A stretch of DNA of 64,000 nucleotides from assembly GCA_002269645.1 (NCBI GenBank), contig NIVC01000975.1, positions 332,615-396,614 of the forward strand, given 5' to 3'. Numbering within the stretch: position 1 is the first letter of the stretch; each line of letters opens with the position of its first letter. This DNA comes from Macrostomum lignano. Its lineage: Eukaryota. The notes under the pieces are model-generated. The model was not told the DNA's origin. It saw nothing but the letters and a program-made list of their open reading frames with translations, and did no database searches. Made by a program: the position numbers and the translations under genes. This document shows, in pieces, positions 1 through 13,964 of this stretch.

Positions 1-147
1 CAGTGTTGGGGTGACAGTGTTGGGGTGACGGTGCTGGGGTAACAGTGTTGGGGTGACGGTGTTGGGGTGACGGTGTTGGGGTAACGGTGTTGGGGTGACA
101 GTGTTGGGGTGACAGTGTTGGGGTGACGGTGTTGGGGTGACAGTATG
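1..147. repeat. 14-bp minisatellite (GACAGTGTTGGGGT / GACGGTGTTGGGGT), truncated by window start; lies in junctophilin intron 1
   Basis: About 10 visible tandem units. Confidence 0.95.
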
Positions 148-1034
148 GGGCTTTTATCTCTACCCTCGGATGCAATAAAGGGCCAATTTTCCAACGCTTT
201 CGTCATCCCAATAAGATCCCTTTTTTCAAGGCACCGGCCGAGTCCCTGGAATTCCCGTGCCGCGGCAAAGATTTAAAATTTAACGCGCCTTTCTCTTTGT
301 CGTTCAGAAAAGCGGCGAAAGAAAACACGGCCAGTGTTCGTTTGAAATGAGGATTTTTCTCCCAGTTTAGCTTCTCGGACTGCTCTGGCTTCCCCTGCCT
401 CCCTCCTCCGGTTACCCCCGGCCGCTATTCTCCCTTCCCCGCCTGATCCCAGGCGAGCAAATTAATTGACCCCCCCCCCCTGAGCCTGGCTATCTCCCAT
501 CTCTTCTAAAACCTCGATTAGGCGACTGCTGAAGTCCCGCCGTCATCTCCTTTCTGCCGTCACGCAATCAGGGAGATCCTGTTATGCTCATTACAGTCCA
601 TTATGGGCAACGAGGGATAAATCTCCCCATAGGCCATCCCTAGCGCTCGCCGATTCTGTGCAGTTGAAATTGAAGACAAAAAAGCAGCAATCTGAGGTTT
701 TCATCAGCCGTAGCGGGCAGCAGTGAGGCCTTCATCAGAGCTCTACATTTTTTTGGCTCTGAGTTGAGTGCATTTTTTGGTTTGCGCACAAATCAATCAA
801 CTCAAAGAAAATTTTAAAGCACCGATGCCAAAGCCCCAGGCACAGACAGTGTACATTCCGGACAATTAGAAAGTCAGGGCTGCTGTACACCCTGTGTGAG
901 CGTGTGTACGAGTGCTGTGCCTGAGTACAGTATTGGCCCTAATAGGCAGATGTGCAACCGACAGCTCAGCCGCAGCTATTGCGCGGCGCATCTGAAGGCT
1001 GCGTACGGCTGTTCAGTCCAAGGACTGGAGGGGG

Positions 1035-1210
1035 GGTCGCCACACACACCCTCAATTGCCCCAGCTAATGCTGGCACCCATTTTACAGCTGGGTGAGCTG
1101 AACGCAGAGTTAAGTGTCTTGCTCAAGGACACTAAATTGTTCTGAGTTCGGTCGAGAATCGAACTCCCGACCTTTCAGTCGTGAGGCCGACGCTCTGACC
1201 ACTAGGCTAC
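1035..1210 (-). mobile_element. tRNA-derived SINE-like element, copy 1
   Basis: The minus strand starts GTAGCCTAGTGG (A box) ... GGGAGTTCGATTC (B box), then GTGTCCTTGAGCAAGACACTTAAC...CACCCAGCTGTAAAATGGGTGCC. A second related copy is at 49764-49856. The 3' boundary is approximate. Confidence 0.75.
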
Positions 1211-1998
1211 CTACAACCCAGGCATCATCAGGCAGGTACACTCTCTGAGGCTGACCCGCACGGCAACCCACCTGGCCGCACACGCAATCAAACCAGCGGT
1301 CGCATCGACATGCAATGGTGAGTTCAGCACGCCTGTGTAGCATGAGACAGACCAGGCTTACGAGCTAAGGTCTGCGATCCTACACACCTGCACCCCCTCT
1401 ATTCTGGTGCAGGAATGGCAGGAGAACTCTCCAAGCTGACTCACAAGCTGACCCAGGGGTTCACGCCCCGCATGTGCTCAAGGCAGCTCTAGGGCTGCTG
1501 GACTGACTGGGCTCCGGCGGCGGCAACCCATCCGTGGCCTTGGCTTCTGTCTCGAGCGTTTTGGGTATGCGGCTAGTCTGCAGGCTCCGGAGGCAGTCCT
1601 CCTGCTTCCCTCAAAGGCCCAGTGTAGCACCGTGCTGATGGACCTTGGGTTCGGCCTCTGGTTTTTTCAAGCCGGGCTCTTAGCCGGGGAGTGTCTCAGT
1701 TGCTAGCGGTCGGGCCGGTAAGGGCTTAAGCCACCCCCGGTCGCCACCTCCTGGCCTGGCTGTTGGGTTTGGGGTTCCAGCCCAGCTGCTTCTCACCTCT
1801 AGCCCCCACTCGCCTTTCAGCGACTTATGGAGCACTAGCTGCCCGTGGTCGCCAGGGGTTAGCGAAATGGACGGCAACGCCTCCTCGCTGTTTCCGGACG
1901 CACGGAACCCCCTGCAGCTAAGTCAAGTCAAGGGGTCGCATCGGGAGATTCGGACACCACGGATACTCAAAAGACACCAGCTGTCTCCAACGTTTCTA

Positions 1999-2451
<453 letters not shown>

Positions 2452-3559
2452 CTAGGGAGGCCGGTGCGGTCATATGTAGCTGATTTGGGGGGATATGGGA
2501 TCTCAATAGCAAATAGAATTATGTCTTGTTTACTAGGCTAGGCTAGAGGTGCTTAAGCGTGAGCCTATAATCCATGCGGACACACTAAAAGCAACACACA
2601 CACTATATCGATACACGCTCTCGATGTGACCTTCCGGTTAAGGCTGTCTTTACAGTCTGTCTAACTGCCCTGTCTGCCTGTCTGTATCTGCTTGTCCGCC
2701 TGTCGGTCTCACTAAACTCGCTCTTTTCTGTCTGTCTCTAAGGCATGAGGAGAGGCACCCAGTCGGTGCTGCCGCATGCTCAGTACGTGCGTTGTTTCTG
2801 CCTGTGCAGCGGCGAGGGGGTGGCGGAGGGCAACGAATGGGGAGGAGTGGGGGCGGGATCTGGGGAGAGTCGGTGTGTAAGGGGGAAGGACGGGAAGTGA
2901 AGTGGTTTCGCGCTGAAGATATCAGGAGGGGTGCCGCACCCCCCCCCCCACCGCAGAGCTGGAGAAAAGTCACTGCTCTGCTTGCCGCTCTCCTTCTAGA
3001 AGCAGGGAATTTTGCCAGAGGCCCAATCCGGCAGCCGGACAAAAGCATACGTAAGAACAATGCACACGCCCACCTCTGCCCCGGCAAAATAAGTGATTAA
3101 GCTATATGAAAGCAATGCGTGTCCCCTGCATATCTGCTTTCAAACTTGAAAAGAAAAACTTAATACGAGAGAAGGAGAGAAGAGGCAAGAGCGACGCGAG
3201 GGAACAGAGAGACCGGTTCATTTCCAAGGCAAGGCGTCCTGTCTGAACCGCCTACCCCCTCCCCCGTGAACAATTTCGTTATTATGCAAATTCTAATATT
3301 GATTTGTATGGGGAGCAACTTTCTCGCTCAACCCCTGGACTTCCCCGGAGGAGGAAAACTGTGGTATTAATTCGGCCTGTCTGCTGGGTGTGCTATTAAG
3401 TCTGCTTGAAAGCAGTAGTTTTGGCTCAGTGCTCAGCACTTATAATGTCCCTCTGATATTGAATCTGACGGCTCAATCGCGAAAGCCTTCCTTGGGGCGC
3501 TTGCTGATCTTAGGGTCCTCTCAGGTGATCTTAGGTGAAAGCACCGCAACCTCCTCGTG

Positions 3560-4752
3560 GCACCCCGACACTCCTCAATGCGCACCGACACTCCTCAATG
3601 CGCCCCGACACTCCTCAATGCGCCCCCTGCGACACTCCTCAATGCGCACCGACACTCCTCAATGCGCCCCGACACTCCTCAATGCGCCCCCTGCGACACC
3701 CCTCAATGCGCCCCCTGCGACACTCCTCAATGCGCACCCTGCGACACTCCTCAATGCGCACCCTGCGACACTCCTCAATGCGCCCCGACACTCCTCAATG
3801 CGCCCCCGCGACACTCCTCAATGCGCCCCCGCGACACTCCTCAATGCGCCCCCTGCAACACTCCTCAATGCGCCACCTGCGACACTCCTCAATGCGCACC
3901 GACACTCCTCAATGCGCCCCCTGCGACACTCCTCAATGCGCCACCTGCGACACTCCTCAATGCGCCACCTGCGACACTCCTCAATGCGCCCCCCGCGACA
4001 CTCCTCAATGCGCACCGACACTCCTCAATGCGCCACCTGCGACACTCCTCAATGCGCCCCCCGCGACACTCCTCAATGCGCACCGACACTCCTCAATGCG
4101 CACCGAGACTCCTCAATGCGCCCCCTGCGACACTCCTCAATGCGCACCCTGCGACACTCCTCAATGCGCCCCCCGCGACACTCCTCAATGCGCCCCCTGC
4201 GACACTCCTCAATGCGCCCCATGCGACACTCCTCAATGCGCACCGACACTCCTCAATGCGCCCCCCGCGACACTCCTCAATGCGCCCCCCGCGACACTCC
4301 TCAATGCGCCCCCCGCGACACCCCTCAATGCGCCCCCTGCGACACTCCTCAATGCGCCCCCTGCGACACTCCTCAATGCGCCCCCTGCGACACTCCTCAA
4401 TGCGCCCCCTGCGACACTCCTCAATGCGCCCCCTGCGACACTCCTCAATGCGCACCGACACTCCTCAATGCGCCCCCCGCGACACTCCTCAATGCGCCCC
4501 CCGCGACACTCCTCAATGCGCCCCCCGCGACACTCCTCAATGCGCCCCCCGCGACACTCCTCAATGCGCCCCCCGCGACACCCCTCAATGCGCCCCCTGC
4601 GACACTCCTCAATGCGCCCCCCGCGACACTCCTCAATGCGCCCCCTGCGACACTCCTCAATGCGCCCCCCGCGACACTCCTCAATGCGCCCCCCGCGACA
4701 CACCTCAATGCGCACCCCGCGACACCCCTCAATGCGCCCCCTGCGACACTCC
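3560..4752. repeat. Heterogeneous 18-24 bp minisatellite (GACACTCCTCAATGCGCCCCCTGC)
   Basis: Many tandem units with length and sequence variants. Confidence 0.95.
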
Positions 4753-5556
4753 TCGTGGCGCCCCCTCCGTCACTCCTCATGGCGCCCCCTCCGTCACTCC
4801 TCATGGCGCCCCCTCCGTCACTCCTCATGGCGCCCCCTCCGTCACTCCTCATGGCGCCCCCTCCGTCACTCCTCATGGCGCCCCCTCCGTCACTCCTCAT
4901 GGCGCCCCCTCCGTCACTCCTCATGGCGCCCCCTCCGTCACTCCTCATGGCGCCCCCTCCGTCACTCCTCATGGCGCCCCCTCCGTCACTCCTCATGGCG
5001 CCCCCTCCGTCACTCCTCATGGCGCCCCCTCCGTCACTCCTCATGGCGCCCCCTCCGTCACTCCTCATGGCGCCCCCTCCGTCACTCCTCATGGCGCCCC
5101 CTCCGTCACTCCTCATGGCGCCCCCTCCGTCACTCCTCATGGCGCCCCCTCCGTCACTCCTCATGGCGCCCCCTCCGTCACTCCTCATGGCGCCCCCTCC
5201 GTCACTCCTCATGGCGCCCCCTCCGTCACTCCTCATGGCGCCCCCTCCGTCACTCCTCATGGCGCCCCCTCCGTCACTCCTCATGGCGCCCCCTCCGTCA
5301 CTCCTCATGGCGCCCCCTCCGTCACTCCTCATGGCGCCCCCTCCGTCACTCCTCATGGCGCCCCCTCCGTCACTCCTCATGGCGCCCCCTCCGTCACTCC
5401 TCATGGCGCCCCCTCCGTCACTCCTCATGGCGCCCCCTCCGTCACTCCTCATGGCGCCCCCTCCGTCACTCCTCATGGCGCCCCCTCCGTCACTCCTCAT
5501 GGCGCCCCCTCCGTCACTCCTCATGGCGCCCCCTCCGTCACTCCTCATGGCGCCCC
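4753..5556. repeat. Homogeneous 24-bp minisatellite (CTCCTCATGGCGCCCCCTCCGTCA)
   Basis: About 33 apparently identical units. Confidence 0.97.
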
Positions 5557-6194
5557 TTTCAACTGGGTTTCATGACAAAATAAAACCTTGCTTTCCTTAA
5601 GTCCCCACTCTATTCAGATCCGTAGAGCGCACTCTTGTGTGACGCGTAATTCGAAGTCGGAAGTGTTGAGCTAAAGTACTCGAGGCCCTAACTAAATACT
5701 CGCTATAAAGTTTCAGTTGGTTTAATGAAATCTGCGCCATCTGTTTCACAGGAGGCATGCGCGAGCAGAACTAGTTTTAAGCTGCTCAAGGCATTCTGCC
5801 TGCCAGACCGGGGATAGTGAGTTAATCGGGGGGAGGGGTGCAGTTTCTTGGATTAGTGAGGCAGCATCTTTCCCTTCCCTATTGATAAGCGGTCTGTTAA
5901 GTCCGCTTCTAGACTCTTGCAGGCGGGCAAGAGGGTTCAACTGATACTGATATTCAGGCCCGACTGCTGCTCCGGTAGGAAAACATCAGCGCGCGCTTAC
6001 TCGCACGAGTCTACTTGCAGTAGAAATATAAGAAAATACGAGTATATGGAATAGTTAATTGCGAATAAAATATTGTAGTTTCCACGCTTTTATTTCCGAA
6101 TTTCTGAAAGTAGCAGATAAAGTAATAAATTGAGTGAAATTGCAATTTTGGCATGAAGGAGCACAGCATTGAGATTGAAATAGAAGTATCTGAA

Positions 6195-6920
<726 letters not shown>

Positions 6921-8006
6921 AAATTGATCAAAGCAGTTTGACTGCATGTCTCTCAGCAACAAGGCGGGAAGGCTTCCAAATGCAACAGACGCGCTGAGTC
7001 ACCCCAGCTAAACAGAGGCCCTCATGTCCCTCAATACCTCTGCAGCCATCGCAGCTATAGGGGGGTTGGTGTTAATCCGGTTTCCATAGCAACAAGCCAC
7101 ACGCACCCTCGGCTGCCTAGGCTGCAGTTACATCACATTGGAGAAAAATAGAAACGAACAAAAACCTGCCCATTTAGCTGCGTCATCTCTTCTCTCCGAC
7201 TCTGCATGAGTTGAGCAGCTTCAGCAAGAGAAATAAAAGCCATCACCAGCGAGATGTGCGCAGCAGCTGCCGTTCCAGAGGGGGCAGAGGGTGGGGGGGG
7301 GGCAGACAGCACTGGGCCATGAACGGGCGTGGCTTCGCGCTACTCAGGTGAAATACGCTTCTAAAAGAAGGGGAAGAAAGAAAGAGAGACTATTTAGAGG
7401 CAATGCAAGAACAAGCCCCAGCCAGCCCCTCACCCCGCCCACAGCAGCAACCCCCACCTCCTCCCAGAGTTGCCAGTGGCAACCAGTCCGAGTGTTTACC
7501 TGTTGCCAGGGCAGCCAGATAGTCCGCCAAGAGGGTGCTGGGCGGAGCTCAGCCTCTGCTGGTTGGCTGCGGCGTTGCGCGCCAACCTCCGCCCTCTTTA
7601 CTGTCAGTTTATAGCTGGCCGGCCAACCTGCATGAGCTCCCCAGCCTTGCTCTGGCCTGGACGGCTCAAGACTCAAACCTCTCTCTCTCTCTCTCTCTCT
7701 CTCGACTCGCATACTGCTGAATTGTTGTGTTGTGAGCCCGGCGGGTCCTTCGCGTCACCCCCACACCGAGCCTGTCAACAAACGCGCCCCCCCTCACGAG
7801 TTTATTAAACTTGGCCACAAGCTTGGCAGATTTGACTCTCGGAGAGCATTAGAGTGCGGGCCCGCAAAGAGACAACGCAAACAGAGTCGGGCTGGCTTTG
7901 AGCCTTGTTTGAGCTCTCTGCTCAGTAGTTTTACGACGCTGAGAATTGTTGCTTTTAAGAAAGCCTTTTTTAAAAAAGCTCTCTTTTAAACCCGACTCAA
8001 TACCGA

Positions 8007-8094
8007 ATGGCGGCTGTGGCCACCCAGCCTCCGCCTCTGCATCATCGACAGAACAGGCAACAGAACCACCTGCTGGACGCGATGGACTCCGATA
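8007..8094 (+). CDS. Candidate first coding exon of the ZMYND8-like gene (MAAVATQPPPLHH...AMDSD)
   Basis: ATG at 8007 and strong phase-1 donor A|GTGAGT at 8095, phase-compatible with the acceptor at 11267. There is no homology support. Confidence 0.45.
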
Positions 8095-8147
8095 GTGAGT
8101 TAAATCTGAAGTTTTCAAGTTTTGCGAAATTTGCAAAATTATTCTCA

Positions 8148-8795
8148 GGGTTGGTTCTCATGGGTGAGATTATCACGGTTGGTTCTCATGGGGGAGATTA
8201 TCAGGGTTGGTTCTCATGGGGGAGATTATCACGGTTGGTTCTCATGGGGGAGATTATCAGGGTTGGTTCTCATGGGGGAGATTATCAGGGTTGGTTCTCA
8301 TGGGGGAGATTCTCATGGTTGGTTCTCATGGGGGAGATTATCAGGGTTGGTTCTCATGGGGGAGATTATCAGGGTTGGTTCTCATGGGTGAGATTCTTAG
8401 GTTGGTTCTCATGGGTGAGATTCTCATGGTTGGTTCTCATGGGTGAGATTATCATGGTTGGTTCTCATGGGTGAGATTATCATGGTTGGTTCTCATGGGT
8501 GAGATGATCAGGGTTGGTTCTCATGGGTGAGATTCTCAGGGTTGGTTCTCATGGGTGAGATTCTCAGGGTTGGTTCTCATGGGTGAGATGATCAGGGTTG
8601 GTTCTCATGGGTGAGATTCTTAGGTTGGTTCTCATGGGTGAGATTATCATGGTTGGTTCTCATGGGTGAGATTATCATGGTTGGTTCTCATGGGTGAGAT
8701 TATCATGGTTGGTTCTCATGGGTGAGATTCTCATGGGTGAGATTCTTACGTTGGTTCTCATGGGTGAGATTCTCAGGGTTGGTTCTCATAGGTGA
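8148..8795. repeat. 28-bp minisatellite (GGTTGGTTCTCATGGGGGAGATTATCAG)
   Basis: Tandem units visible directly. Confidence 0.95.
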
Positions 8796-9225
8796 GATTC
8801 TCAGAGTGGCTCTGAGTGCTCGTTTATCCTGCAGAGATATATCCCTATTGACCTGAAGTGACCTCCCAGCTCTCAGCCGGAGGCATAATACCGATCCTCC
8901 AACTGGGTTCGATTCCTGCAATACTCGCACTCTTACTTGAGGGCGGCGAAACGCTGTGGTAGCCAAAACTGCCCCCTCCCGTTCTCTGCCTCTCAATTCC
9001 AATATCGATCTCTCACTTTTCTTCCAAGATCCCAAATTCAGTCGCTGAGCAGCTGAAAAAAATCTCCTGGCGCTGCCCCCCCGGCAGAGCTGCTGCGTGT
9101 TTTTTTCAAGAAGCAAACTTGAAAGACCCGAGTGTCTGCAGTCAGCTTGCACTGTCTTTCTGCTTATCGCTGTCATTATTGCTTGACCACTCTCTTGTCT
9201 TTTAGCCCTGCATATGTCATTGATC

Positions 9226-9892
9226 CCTCTCCCTTATCGCTTGTCCCTCTCCCTTATCGCTTGTCCCTCTCCCTTATCGCTTGTCCCTCTCCCTTATCGC
9301 TTGTCCCTCTCCCTTATCGCTTGTCCCTCTCCCTTATCGCTTGTCCCTCTCCCTTATCGCTTGTCCCTCTCCCTTATCGCTTGTCCCTCTCCCTTATCGC
9401 TTGTCCCTCTCCCTTATCGCTTGTCCCTCTCCCTTATCGCTTGTCCCTCTCCCTTATCGCTTGTCCCTCTTCCTTATCGCTTGTCCCTCTCCCTTATCGC
9501 TTGTCCTTCTCCCTTATCGCTTGTCTCTCTCCCTTATCGCTTGTCCGTCTCCCTTATCGCTTGTCCTTCTCCCTTATCGCTTGTCTCTCTCCCTTATCGC
9601 TTGTCCCTCTCCCTTATCGCTTGTCCCTCTTCCTTATCGCTTGTCCCTCTCCCTTATCGCTTGTCCATCTCCCTTATCGCTTGTCCCTCTTCCTTATCGC
9701 TTGTCCCTCTCCCTTATCGCTTGTCCCTCTCCCTTATCGCTTGTCCCTCTCCCTTATCGCTTGTCCCTCTCCCTTATCGCTTGTCCCTCTCCCTTATCGC
9801 TTGTCCCTCTCCCTTATCGCTTGTCCATCTCCCTTATCGCTTGTCCCTCTTCCTTATCGCTTGTCCCTCTCCCTTATCGCTTGTCCCTCTCC
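9226..9892. repeat. 20-bp minisatellite (CTTATCGCTTGTCCCTCTCC)
   Basis: Tandem units visible directly. Confidence 0.97.
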
Positions 9893-10794
9893 TCTGTTTC
9901 TCAGTCTGAAAAAGTAAACTCAGCCTTGAACTCGGTGTGTTCACAGACCAGCGGTTGGCGAACTCCAGCAGCTCAGCGTTTCTAAGCTCTCTTCTCTCTC
10001 TCTCCTTTCGTAGAAGCGTTCAACTTCTGCACTGCACTTTGCCTGCGCAAGGCGTTACGAGTGTCTAATTAAAAGATTAGCGCCTAAGCTTATTCATCTA
10101 ATTCAACAGTCTAAGTGTGGATAAGCTCCGTCAGGTACATCCCAACCCTCTATCCACCTCTCTCTATTCTCGGGAGCCCCATTGTTCGGTGGAGACTGTG
10201 GGGGCAGTTACCATGGAGACAAGTTCAAATTGGCGCCCCCCTGGGAACAGGAGGCGCGCACAGGCAGCAGCAAAACACTGCAGGACCTGCTGCAGGAAGC
10301 CGGCCGGCTCTCCTATAGGCTGGCCCGCGAAATCCGTATCCCCTTCTCAGTCAGAGCATTGCCCAGATCCCCAACCCTTCTGTCCCTTCCCACCCCGTCC
10401 CTCTTCAACGCTTCTCTCGACTGCGGATCAGCTCCCCACCGACGCACGGCAGTTTTTTTCTTCCTGTTTACCTGCGGGGATAATTCTCAGCCTAAGCAGT
10501 CACCATGGCAACGGCCCAGCTTTGCTGAGTTGTTGTGTTCCGGGCTGGAGAGCAGCGTATCGCTGTTGCCAATGGCAACCGAAGGGGATGGAGATGCAAG
10601 GACGGAGAGGGGGAGAGAAGACAGAGGACCGGGCAGTTGTCTCAGATTAGAGAGTAAGCAACAGTGTGTGGGTTGGCAGGGCCGATGTGCAGCATTTCGT
10701 GTCCTCTTGTAGCCTCATTAACTAGAAACCTGAAGGAATTAGACTTCATGCCATTCTCTAAAGATCTAAGGGAAGCACAATAGACCCGAATCAG

Positions 10795-11220
10795 AATCCC
10801 AATAGACCTTGGCGAATCCCGATAGATCAGAGAATCCCAATAAATCTGAGGGAACCCCAATTGATGTGAGGGAATCCCAACTGATGTGAGGGAACCCCAA
10901 TTGATGTGAGGGAACCCCAATTGATGTGAGGGAATCCCAATCGATCTGAGGGAATCCCAATCGATCTGAGGGAATCCCAATTGATTTGAGGGAATCCCAG
11001 TTAATCTGAGGGAACCCCAATAGACCTTGGCGAATCCCGATAAATTAGGAAATCCCAAACGATCTGAGGCAATCCCAAACGATCTGAGGCAATCCCAATC
11101 GATCTGAGGGAATCCCAATCGATCTGAGGGAATCCCAATTGATCTGAGGGAATCCCAATCGATCTGGAGGAATCCCAATCGATCTGATTGAATCCCAATC
11201 GATCTGAGGGAATCCCAATA
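10795..11220. repeat. 20-bp minisatellite (GGGAATCCCAATCGATCTGA)
   Basis: Degenerate tandem units ending about 45 nt before the acceptor at 11267. Confidence 0.9.
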
Positions 11221-11267
11221 GGTCGGCACGCATTGCAAGCTCCCAATTCTTTAAAACAATCTCCCAG

Positions 11268-12646
11268 ATCCTAACCGCGATCCGACTGAGGATGAGCCCA
11301 AAGCTTCAAATCAGGAAGATCACGAAGAGAACCGAGACGAGGAGGCGACTGCACAGTCAGCGGAGGCCGCGGCTGAACCGCCGATCGGCCGCCGGCGGGC
11401 CAGCAGGAAAGCGCCGCCGAGGCGGGCGGCTCCGCTGCTCCCGGACGATCCGGACGACGGGAGAAACACGCCTCAGTCGCCGACACCGACGGCCAAACGA
11501 CTCCGGCTGATGATTAACGGTGAAACGGCAGCCGAGGAGGCGGAGAAGCCACTTTGCTTCCGCTGCTGCCAGGCAGTGTCCGACGGTGTCCAGTGCCCGG
11601 CCTGTCCCCGGCACTACCATCGCCCGTGCTGGCCGGACCGCCGCCGGACAGCCTGTCCGGAGTGCGAGGCTCTGCTGGAGTCCGAGGCCGCTCAACTGGG
11701 CGAGGCGGACAGCCCGGAGGAGGCGCGGAGAAGGCTGGATCGCCTGAGCGACACTCTGACGGCGGTCGCGGACTCGCTGGCCGGGGAAGTCGACAACCGG
11801 GCGGACCTGCTGGAGGACGGCGAGGACGCCGACTGTCCGTCCAGTCTGTCGGCGCTGCGCAGGAAGACCGCCAGCAGAGGCTTCGCCACCGAGGCCGCCT
11901 TCCTGGCTGACCTGCGCCTGCTCTGCCACCGCCGGCTGCAGCGGGCCGGCGGCAAGGCAGCCGACGTCATTGAAGAGAATCGCCGCCTGCTGGACCGGGC
12001 GGCCGAGTTGCTGCGAGCTCCTGGCGACCGGCCGAGCTCCAGTCAGCCTGCAGTCTGCAAGGAGACAGCGGCCATCTGGCTGGAGGCGGTGAAAGCCGAC
12101 GCCATCAAGACATTCGCCGCCGCGGTGGAGTCTTACCTGGCCGAGCGGAAGCCGCAGCAGGTGGCAGCAGTCGCAGACTCGCAGGCGAGGCAGTCAGCCA
12201 GCCAACTCAGCCAGAAGCTGATTGTGCAGCGGCGCCAGCACGCGGCCGAGATGGCCCGCCTGCAGTTCCTGCACCAGCTGCAGGCCAGCGAGCTGGAGCA
12301 CAACCACCGCCTGGCCATGTGCGAACTGCGGGCCGCCTTTGACATCGAGAAGCAGAACGTGCTGAGCGCCACCTGCCAGGCGTTCGAGACCGACTCGAGA
12401 CGCCAGCTGGAGGAGGTGAAGCGGAAACAGTGGTGCGCGTTCTGCAGCAAGGAGGCGTTCTTTTACTGCTGCTGGAACACGTCCTACTGCGACGCCAAGT
12501 GCCAGCAGAGGCACTGGCCGCAGCACATGGCCACCTGCTCGCAGGCGCAGGGTGGCGGAGCAGCCGCTGCTGCCGCCGCTGCCGCAGCCGCCGCCGCTGC
12601 CGCCTCTGGGGGAAATTTTCACCCCCAACTGGTAGCGCACAGGTGA
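11268..12646 (+). CDS. ZMYND8: ZMYND8/RACK7-like chromatin reader, main and terminal exon (PHD finger, degenerate bromodomain, coiled coil, MYND finger)
   Basis: MYND KQWCAFCSKEAFFYCCWNTSYCDAKCQQRHWPQHMATC; PHD CFRC...CPAC...HRPC...CPEC; bromo-like LSALRRK...FATEAAFLADLRLL. The frame is open back to acceptor CTCCCAG| at 11267, upstream of the ATG at 11510. Confidence 0.85.
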
Positions 12647-12679
12647 GATGAAGAGGCGGTGCACTTCACGGCTTCTTGT

Positions 12680-12975
12680 TGCTATGCCAACTGGTCTCTA
12701 TGATACTCATTGGTTGCTATGCTAACTGGTGTCTATGATACTTATTGGTTGCTATGCCAACTGGTGTCTATGATACTCATTGGTTGCCATGCCAACAGGT
12801 TTCTACTCTATGAAACTGGTTGCTATGCCAGCTGGTGTCTGATACTCATTGGTTGCTATGCCAGCTGGTGTCTATGATACTCATTGGTTGCTATGCCAGC
12901 TGGTTTATATGATACTCATTGGTTGCTATGCCAACTGGTTTCTATGATACTCATTGGTTTCTATGCCAGCTGGCT
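12680..12975. repeat. 35-bp degenerate minisatellite in the ZMYND8-like 3' region
   Basis: Unit TTGGTTGCTATGCCAACTGGTGTCTATGATACTCA. Confidence 0.85.
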
Positions 12976-13964
12976 TCTACATGTATATCTACCTATTTGT
13001 TCGCTATGCCATTGGTTGCCGAACAGTTTAAAATGTTTAGTACAAGATTTCAGCAGCTTTCAAAATTCAAAGACTTATATTAGGCTTATATCAGGCGTGC
13101 GTTTAGTAATCTCAAAACGAACTCATTTTGTCACATTCTAAATGCGCTGCGCTTACATATCTCATCCCCAGTGCGTTTCTTTCTCATTGTTTTCATTAAT
13201 ATTTCACATTAATTTTATTCCATATTTCATATTGTAACTGATAGCGTTATGAATATCACCTGTGTGGCTTGAAGTTTATTAAAAACAATTTCTGTGTAAA
13301 TAAACATGCCCCAATCTGACTACTCGCAAACTGTATCGCCTAGTAGTATGTATTGCTTGTGTATGCTTAAAAGTCATAATAAGCACAATAAACGCACACA
13401 TTTGACTGGACAATTTATTAAAGTCATTCATGAATTCATCAACAATTGTTGAGAAGCCGGCAGCAGTTATATTAAATAAAAGTTACTAATATTACTATTT
13501 ACACAGTAATGTTACTATACAGCAACACAGAGTCGCTGGTTGATCATTTAGAAATAAAAAATTAATTACAAAATTGAAGCGCAAAACCAAAATGGATAAT
13601 AGTGCTAAATAAATTGTGTGAATTAAACAGACCAATAAACTGATTAAACACTCGGTAAGGAAAACTGTGTAACACGAACTCACAGCAAACTAATGATACT
13701 AACTAAATAAACTATTGAAAACAGAGACACACTCAGGCAATGCGGGGAACACAAAAAGATTAAATTTGAAGTAAAAAGCTGGTTCAATATTTTACAGCGC
13801 ACGCGCCTACCGCCATCCCCAATCAATAAATCTTAAATTTCCACAATTAGTTTGAAACTATTAATGCGCTGTGCTAATTAATTATAATATAAGCGATTTT
13901 ATAAGCACAACAGAGTTTCAATTACAAAACACACGTCATACTACTGCTCTGAGCAACTGCTGCT

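Noticed and set aside
1140-1210. tRNA gene
   Set aside because: It has A and B boxes but no convincing acceptor stem, continues into a SINE-like body and has a diverged second copy; treated as a SINE head.
3390-5600. Long ORFs in several frames (up to 736 aa)
   Set aside because: They are translations of stop-free minisatellites. The same applies to ORFs at 6011-6962, 8007-8474 beyond 8094, 9132-9985, 13936-14502, 15554-16681, 19957-21165, 28468-29336, 41309-43243 and 43485-45162.
10182-10712. 176-aa ORF without ATG start
   Set aside because: No recognisable domain or convincing phase-compatible splice sites; it probably lies in an intron.
11292-11512. TGATG stop-start overlap suggesting coupled translation of ORF 11292-11510 and the ZMYND ORF
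   Set aside because: The ZMYND frame is itself open upstream to a splice acceptor at 11267, so the overlap is incidental.
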